IMG/VR virus record: IMGVR_UViG_3300020185_000013
Coordinates: 66,480-130,479 of that record
Strand: one strand, 5' to 3'
DNA length: 64,000 bases
DNA from: a virus
Below the pieces are notes generated by a model, which did not search any database, was not told where the DNA came from, and was given only the letters and a program-made list of their open reading frames with translations. Positions 59,910 through 64,000 of the stretch are shown piece by piece (position 1 is the stretch's first letter; each line of letters begins with the position of its first letter). The translations under genes were made by a program, and so were the position numbers.

Positions 59910-60930
59910 AATAGCAATTTGTTTTGTTGATGGAAACATGGACCGAACTCTTGAGCAGGTAAAACAGCTCGAGGGAATAGAAGAGGACTTTATTGTGGAA
60001 TGGAATTATAGAGCCTCTAAATTTAGTGGTCCCTATTCTAATTTCTCACAGTTAGTTAATGAAGCTGTCGTTGAAACACAATCTGAGTTTATGGTTTTTA
60101 TTAATCCAAAGACCAATATTAACAGAAGTGATGTCAACACTATAATAGATGACCTATGTAATGGTTTTGCTTGGAGTTCAATTTGTTCATTTGGATTTTG
60201 GGCAACTACAAAAGAGCTTTTTCGTAGAATTGGAATGATGGATGAAAGGTTCATTGGTTCAGAATACGAAGACAATGACTTTGCCGTAAGAATGAAGCAA
60301 TTTGGAAAGGCAATTAACTGGCGATTTGAACTTCAAAAATATCCATGGAGACAACCTATACTTCCGCAAATGAGAGGATCTACTGCTACTCTCTATCCTA
60401 CTAAATGGCATATTGTTGATGGTGTCTATTATAGAACTGATCAGTTTAGAGAGGAGAAAAGATTACCAAAGATAATTCAGGATCAAGGTAGGTTAGATAT
60501 TTTTAATAGTTGGATGGATTGGAGTGATACCCTCAGTGATAGAGTTAGTCATGTTTTCCGTGAGGCTGGTGCTGCAATAGTTTCTGATAAAATAGTTAAC
60601 ACTTCTAAAATCAAAGCAATAACCACGTTTAGAATTGAATATGTTAATGAATCTGTTAAGTTTGTTTTCTATTCTGACATTCCAACCAAGTTAATGGTTA
60701 CTGTTACAAATGGAACTCCAATCGGTGAAGAGAAATTAGTATACGATCAACATATAGATTTAGAATCTAATGCCTGGTGGGGAAATACTCTTAAACCCAA
60801 CACATATGATATTAGAGTGTTCCATGAGGGTAAATTGGTACTAAATAATATGGCATACGTTCCTAATAGAAATCCAATCTTAGAGTATTCTTTAGGATTA
60901 AATGTTACCCAATTCTCTGATGATATATAA
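59887..60930 (+). CDS. Glycosyltransferase family 2-like
   Basis: IG.MDERF....YEDND...R. Confidence 0.6.
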   Translation: MKLRRPDRIAICFVDGNMDRTLEQVKQLEGIEEDFIVEWNYRASKFSGPYSNFSQLVNEAVVETQSEFMVFINPKTNINRSDVNTIIDDLCNGFAWSSICSFGFWATTKELFRRIGMMDERFIGSEYEDNDFAVRMKQFGKAINWRFELQKYPWRQPILPQMRGSTATLYPTKWHIVDGVYYRTDQFREEKRLPKIIQDQGRLDIFNSWMDWSDTLSDRVSHVFREAGAAIVSDKIVNTSKIKAITTFRIEYVNESVKFVFYSDIPTKLMVTVTNGTPIGEEKLVYDQHIDLESNAWWGNTLKPNTYDIRVFHEGKLVLNNMAYVPNRNPILEYSLGLNVTQFSDDI

Positions 60931-60950
60931 ACAAAATATATCATCAAACT

Positions 60951-62906
60951 ATGGCTTTTTGGACAAGACCATTTGCATACAATACAACAGGTAGTACAAT
61001 ACCTGGAACTAAACAATTCGGAGATTTCGCGATTGGATATCCGACAGTCGGTTATGAAAATACAGGACTTAAATGGTATAAAGCTCCGGACGAAAGTTTA
61101 GGATATATTATTGCCAGACCTGATCCAACTGGAAGATTAGCAGCTGACGATACAATTGCATATCTAGGATTTTGGAGATCTGAAGGAAGAACAGAAGCAG
61201 CATTTATTGAATTGGTTGTTAGAGCAACTGGTCAAAGTTTTACAACTGGAGACAATGCACACACCTGGTTAATTGACAACGGGTACTGGTCTTCTTGGAG
61301 AACATTTGCAAATAGACCTTTATTTAGCGATCAAACAATAGACGGTGATACAAAAGGATTTACTAGAGTAACTGATGTTTCTGATTTAAAGAAAAAAGCA
61401 GCGCCGACTCTTAATCCAGATGGTAGCTACACCTCAGGTTTAGTACCATATACTAATGATAATATTGATTTCAACAATCTTACAGTCGACGATCTACAGT
61501 GTATTACTTCAGTTGGAGTTGATTATCCTAGCGACTCTGTAGGTATTTCAACAACTGCCGGAGTTCCATATGGTCCTGTTAGATACTATGGAACGCTTGA
61601 AGTAGGTAATAAACTTTTTCAGGCAACCGGAGCAGTCGATACTCCACTAGCAAATAAAAGCATTATTACAATTTGGCAGCCAAGAGATTATGTAAGGGGC
61701 GGATATACTAGAAATTGGATTCACTCTACTAATTCAAGTGCAACTGCTGGAGAAACAGTTTATGAATACCATATTGTAACTGATGGCGATGGAGTAATTA
61801 CCAAATTAGTTCAATTCCAAGTAATTAATGAATCTGATGCTAATTGTCCAACTGCATCGACTAGCGGAACTAGCGGAACCTCAGGAACTAGCGGAACCTC
61901 AGGAACTAGTGGAACCTCAGGAACCTCAGCAGCTATTTGTTCAGATCCAAACCTCATCGTTCAAGTTAATGATGGACCTATTGGACAACCTGTAGAACCA
62001 CTTGTAACATATTATGGTTCACGTGCCGCAATGATTTATAATAATGTAACTCCTAGTACTTATCAAGCAGGCACCACGGATTATACTGTTAACTTTACAA
62101 TTAATAGTTACAACTTCCCGAACAGAGGAGATGCTGTGAATTGCATTACCTCAGCAACTGGTGAAACAACACTCGGAGTTTGGAATCTTAAGAAGGGTAA
62201 AAGTAATCCAAATAATAACGTGATTGGCGTGGATGATCAGGTTACAGCAGGTCAAATGATGTACCCTGCTTATTTAACAAAATCAGATCAGGCGTACTTT
62301 ACACCAATGTATGGTGAAAATAATCCATTCCGTCCATTTAACCTATATTTTACAAATACTGATATCAATACTGGTGGTACCTATGCTAGAACTGAGCTTA
62401 GAATTAACTCAGTAGACGCCGATGGTAACGACAGAGAAACTCAATTAGACCAACTAGTTGGAAATTCAGGTATTCTAACATTTAGACAGAATCCAATTTG
62501 GAAAACTAACACGAGTGCAAATGATGTTGACGCATGTTGGTACACTGTTGAAAATTATGCAAGCTATAGATTTGACGCTGACGCATTCTATAAAGTACTA
62601 CAGTCTGACGGTTCATATACATACTACTATAGCCCTGCAGCACCGGCAGGTAATCCAAACCAATTTAATCAAATTCTTACTTCAGAATCTAATATGGGTG
62701 GTTCAGGATCTTGGTATGGACAATCGTACAATGGTTCATTACAGCGCGCAGTAACACCTGATGGTGGTGTAACAACATACGATGGTGTTAGACCTAATAT
62801 TAATGTTGGGTCAATTCAATGTAACGGCTTTACATTTAACGTAGGAACTTATCAATATGACTTTGATTTTAACTTCCCAATCTCAATTAACGTTGAATTA
62901 GATTAA
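60951..62906 (+). CDS. Putative fibre/adhesin-like virion protein
   Basis: GATATATA at 60922; T/G/N-rich beta content; (TSG)n linker. Confidence 0.5.
   Translation: MAFWTRPFAYNTTGSTIPGTKQFGDFAIGYPTVGYENTGLKWYKAPDESLGYIIARPDPTGRLAADDTIAYLGFWRSEGRTEAAFIELVVRATGQSFTTGDNAHTWLIDNGYWSSWRTFANRPLFSDQTIDGDTKGFTRVTDVSDLKKKAAPTLNPDGSYTSGLVPYTNDNIDFNNLTVDDLQCITSVGVDYPSDSVGISTTAGVPYGPVRYYGTLEVGNKLFQATGAVDTPLANKSIITIWQPRDYVRGGYTRNWIHSTNSSATAGETVYEYHIVTDGDGVITKLVQFQVINESDANCPTASTSGTSGTSGTSGTSGTSGTSGTSAAICSDPNLIVQVNDGPIGQPVEPLVTYYGSRAAMIYNNVTPSTYQAGTTDYTVNFTINSYNFPNRGDAVNCITSATGETTLGVWNLKKGKSNPNNNVIGVDDQVTAGQMMYPAYLTKSDQAYFTPMYGENNPFRPFNLYFTNTDINTGGTYARTELRINSVDADGNDRETQLDQLVGNSGILTFRQNPIWKTNTSANDVDACWYTVENYASYRFDADAFYKVLQSDGSYTYYYSPAAPAGNPNQFNQILTSESNMGGSGSWYGQSYNGSLQRAVTPDGGVTTYDGVRPNINVGSIQCNGFTFNVGTYQYDFDFNFPISINVELD
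61860..61929 (+). repeat. 9-nt coding repeat (Thr-Ser-Gly), about 8 copies
   Basis: ACTAGCGGA/ACCTCAGGA units. Confidence 0.9.
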
Positions 62907-62915
62907 AATCAATTT

Positions 62916-62943
62916 GAAACCTTTTAAGATTTAAGAATATATA
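62916..62943 (+). promoter_or_regulatory. Overlapping class II (GAAAC-N17-TATAT) and class III (GAATATATA) motifs upstream of the leader ORF
   Basis: GAAAC at 62916, TATAT at 62938, GAATATATA at 62935. Confidence 0.6.
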
Positions 62944-62964
62944 CTACCTAACAAATATTAAACA

Positions 62965-63051
62965 ATGCAACACAATCTAACATATAACTTTAGTTATTCT
63001 AAGCAGATTAAGGGCTGGAGCCCTAATCTTGTTGGATTCCGTGCTGTTTGA
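62965..63051 (+). CDS. 28-aa putative attenuator leader peptide MQHNLTYNFSYSKQIKGWSPNLVGFRAV
   Basis: ATG in phage-typical AAACA-ATG context; TGG-AGC at 63016-63021; followed by a terminator and tRNA-Trp/tRNA-Ser. Confidence 0.6.
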   Translation: MQHNLTYNFSYSKQIKGWSPNLVGFRAV

Positions 63052-63075
63052 TATTAGACTTAACTTTTTGACGAC

Positions 63076-63110
63076 AATGGGTTCCAATTTTATTTGGAAC
63101 CCATTTTTTT
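63076..63110 (+). terminator. Intrinsic terminator (putative attenuator hairpin)
   Basis: AATGGGTTCCAA-TTTTAT-TTGGAACCCATT plus T run (7 T, 63104-63110). Confidence 0.85.
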
Positions 63111-63135
63111 ATGTCAAGTTTTTTGTTTATATTTG
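63104..63135 (+). promoter_or_regulatory. Class I motif upstream of tRNA-Trp, sharing the terminator T run
   Basis: TATGTC-N12-TATATTTG. Confidence 0.75.
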
Positions 63136-63154
63136 TTGAACGTTCTTTACATAT

Positions 63155-63228
63155 GCGTCTATAGTTCAATGGTAGAATAGCGGTCTCCAAAACCGTTGAT
63201 CAGGGTTCTAATCCTTGTAGGCGTGCCA
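63155..63228 (+). tRNA. tRNA-Trp(CCA)
   Basis: GCGTCTA/TAGGCGT, GCGGT-CTCCAAA-ACCGT, T-loop TTCTAAT, encoded CCA. Confidence 0.92.
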
Positions 63229-63234
63229 TTTTTA

Positions 63235-63318
63235 GGAAGGGTGGCAGAGCGGTAATGCAGCAGCCTGCTAAGCTGTGGTCGGTTTTTCGATCCCTGGGTT
63301 CGAGTCCCAGTCCTTCCG
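63235..63318 (+). tRNA. tRNA-Ser(GCT)
   Basis: GGAAGGG/TCCTTCC, GCAGC-CTGCTAA-GCTGT, long variable arm, G discriminator. Confidence 0.92.
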
Positions 63319-63348
63319 CAAAAAAACTTTAAAAAAAGTTCATCAGGA

Positions 63349-63380
63349 TTTTTTTATGTCAAAGTTTTTGTTTATATTAG
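63349..63380 (+). promoter_or_regulatory. Class I motif
   Basis: TATGTC-N12-TATATTAG. Confidence 0.8.
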
Positions 63381-63448
63381 CTAAGTAATCATCCAATAGA
63401 GATAGACAGATTTAATAGAGACAGCAAACCTTAATTAAATTAATAACT

Positions 63449-63646
63449 ATGGAAAAGATGATGACAAAACAAGAAAAAGAAGCAATTGTAAAAGAGTTAC
63501 TCGGCGATATGGTCGATACTTGCGAGAATTGCGAAGAGAAATTAGGTGTTTGGACTACAAACCCATTTCTTGAAGATGTTTGTAACGAAGTAGAACACCA
63601 GTTCCTTTGTAACGAATGCCATCACGAATTGATGATGGACATCTAG
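63449..63646 (+). CDS. Small CxxC...CxxC zinc-binding hypothetical
   Basis: CENC...CNEC. Confidence 0.55.
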   Translation: MEKMMTKQEKEAIVKELLGDMVDTCENCEEKLGVWTTNPFLEDVCNEVEHQFLCNECHHELMMDI

Positions 63647-63669
63647 GTTCTTTGACATGATGGTTTTAA

Positions 63670-63743
63670 AGTCTTATAGCTCAGTTGGTTAGAGCACTAC
63701 ACTGATAATGTAGGGGTCCGCAGTTCGAGTCTGCGTAAGACTA
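63670..63743 (+). tRNA. tRNA-Ile(GAT)
   Basis: AGTCTTA/TAAGACT, CTACA-CTGATAA-TGTAG, TTCGAGT. Confidence 0.95.
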
Positions 63744-63745
63744 CA

Positions 63746-63910
63746 AAGAGGAGAAGAAAGGCGACGGAATGCTTTGAAGTATCTTGATGGGATGTTCAAC
63801 CTGATAGAGAACAGAATGCACCGCACTGCTCACACTAACGCTACTGCTAGTTTGAAGATTGCACCTATGGTGTTGACACTAGAAGAACCTTGGCGGTGAG
63901 GGAACCTCTT
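63746..63910 (+). ncRNA. Candidate structured ncRNA of about 165 nt between tRNA-Ile and tRNA-Tyr
   Basis: Closing stem AAGAGG/CCTCTT, internal helices, visibly higher GC than other spacers. Confidence 0.45.
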
Positions 63911-63915
63911 AATAA

Positions 63916-63996
63916 TGTGAAGTTGAGCAATTGGTTGGCTCGACGGATTGTAAATCCGTTCCGAAAGGCTTGGGGGTTCGAGTCCCTCCTTCACAA
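63916..63996 (+). tRNA. tRNA-Tyr(GTA)
   Basis: TGTGAAG/CTTCACA, ACGGA-TTGTAAA-TCCGT, variable arm, GGGGG-TTCGAGT-CCCTC. Confidence 0.9.
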
Positions 63997-64000
63997 CAAA

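Noticed and set aside
428-61016. Many minus-strand and off-frame ORFs in the track (e.g. 47726..48865, 25842..26258)
   Set aside because: They lie wholly within well-supported + strand genes and look like antisense shadows of biased codon usage; only 32290..32799 fills a real gap.
61860-61929. Tandem repeat as CRISPR or DGR repeat
   Set aside because: 9-nt in-frame TSG coding repeat without spacers; no cas or reverse transcriptase gene in the window.
50375-63318. CTA within anticodon loops suggesting amber suppressors or stop recoding
   Set aside because: The 7-nt loop register gives TCT (Arg) and GCT (Ser); genes are intact in code 11 and TAG ends genes such as the gp46-like ORF.
63395-63425. 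Short direct repeat AATAGAGA
   Set aside because: Two 8-nt copies in AT-rich DNA; likely chance.
63744-63800. Theta/HDV-like ribozyme after tRNA-Ile
   Set aside because: Could not fit the nested double pseudoknot by eye; kept only as an unidentified structured RNA.

Overview
This window is part of a large T4-like (myovirus, jumbo-style) phage genome, almost entirely + strand and read cleanly in standard code 11. The host is probably Bacteroidota, inferred from TAnnTTTG-like -7 promoter boxes and A-rich starts lacking Shine-Dalgarno. In order: (i) 1-8.4 kb, putative capsid-packaged cargo proteins sharing an MKHVKLFEQF..E motif, including an RNA-ligase-fold protein and a degenerate ligase/nucleotidyltransferase fusion; (ii) replication genes with a split family-B polymerase flanking nrdB-nrdA-clamp, then UvsX, gp41, gp47/46; (iii) gp55-like late sigma, portal, protease-scaffold fusion, major capsid, clamp loader, RNase H-like nuclease, neck, terminase, sheath, tube, hub chaperones, tape measure; (iv) accessory genes, an ECF sigma, a branched-sugar/glycosyltransferase cluster, a fibre-like protein and five tRNAs. 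Three fixed-spacing promoter-like motif classes suggest a host-sigma to phage-ECF to gp55 cascade. The most striking unannotated element is a 28-codon leader ORF whose adjacent TGG-AGC codons match the two tRNAs just downstream (Trp-CCA, Ser-GCT) and whose 3' end can pair with the 5' arm of a strong terminator: a candidate tRNA-sensing attenuator controlling phage tRNA supply. All family calls come from motif recognition by eye; no searches were run.
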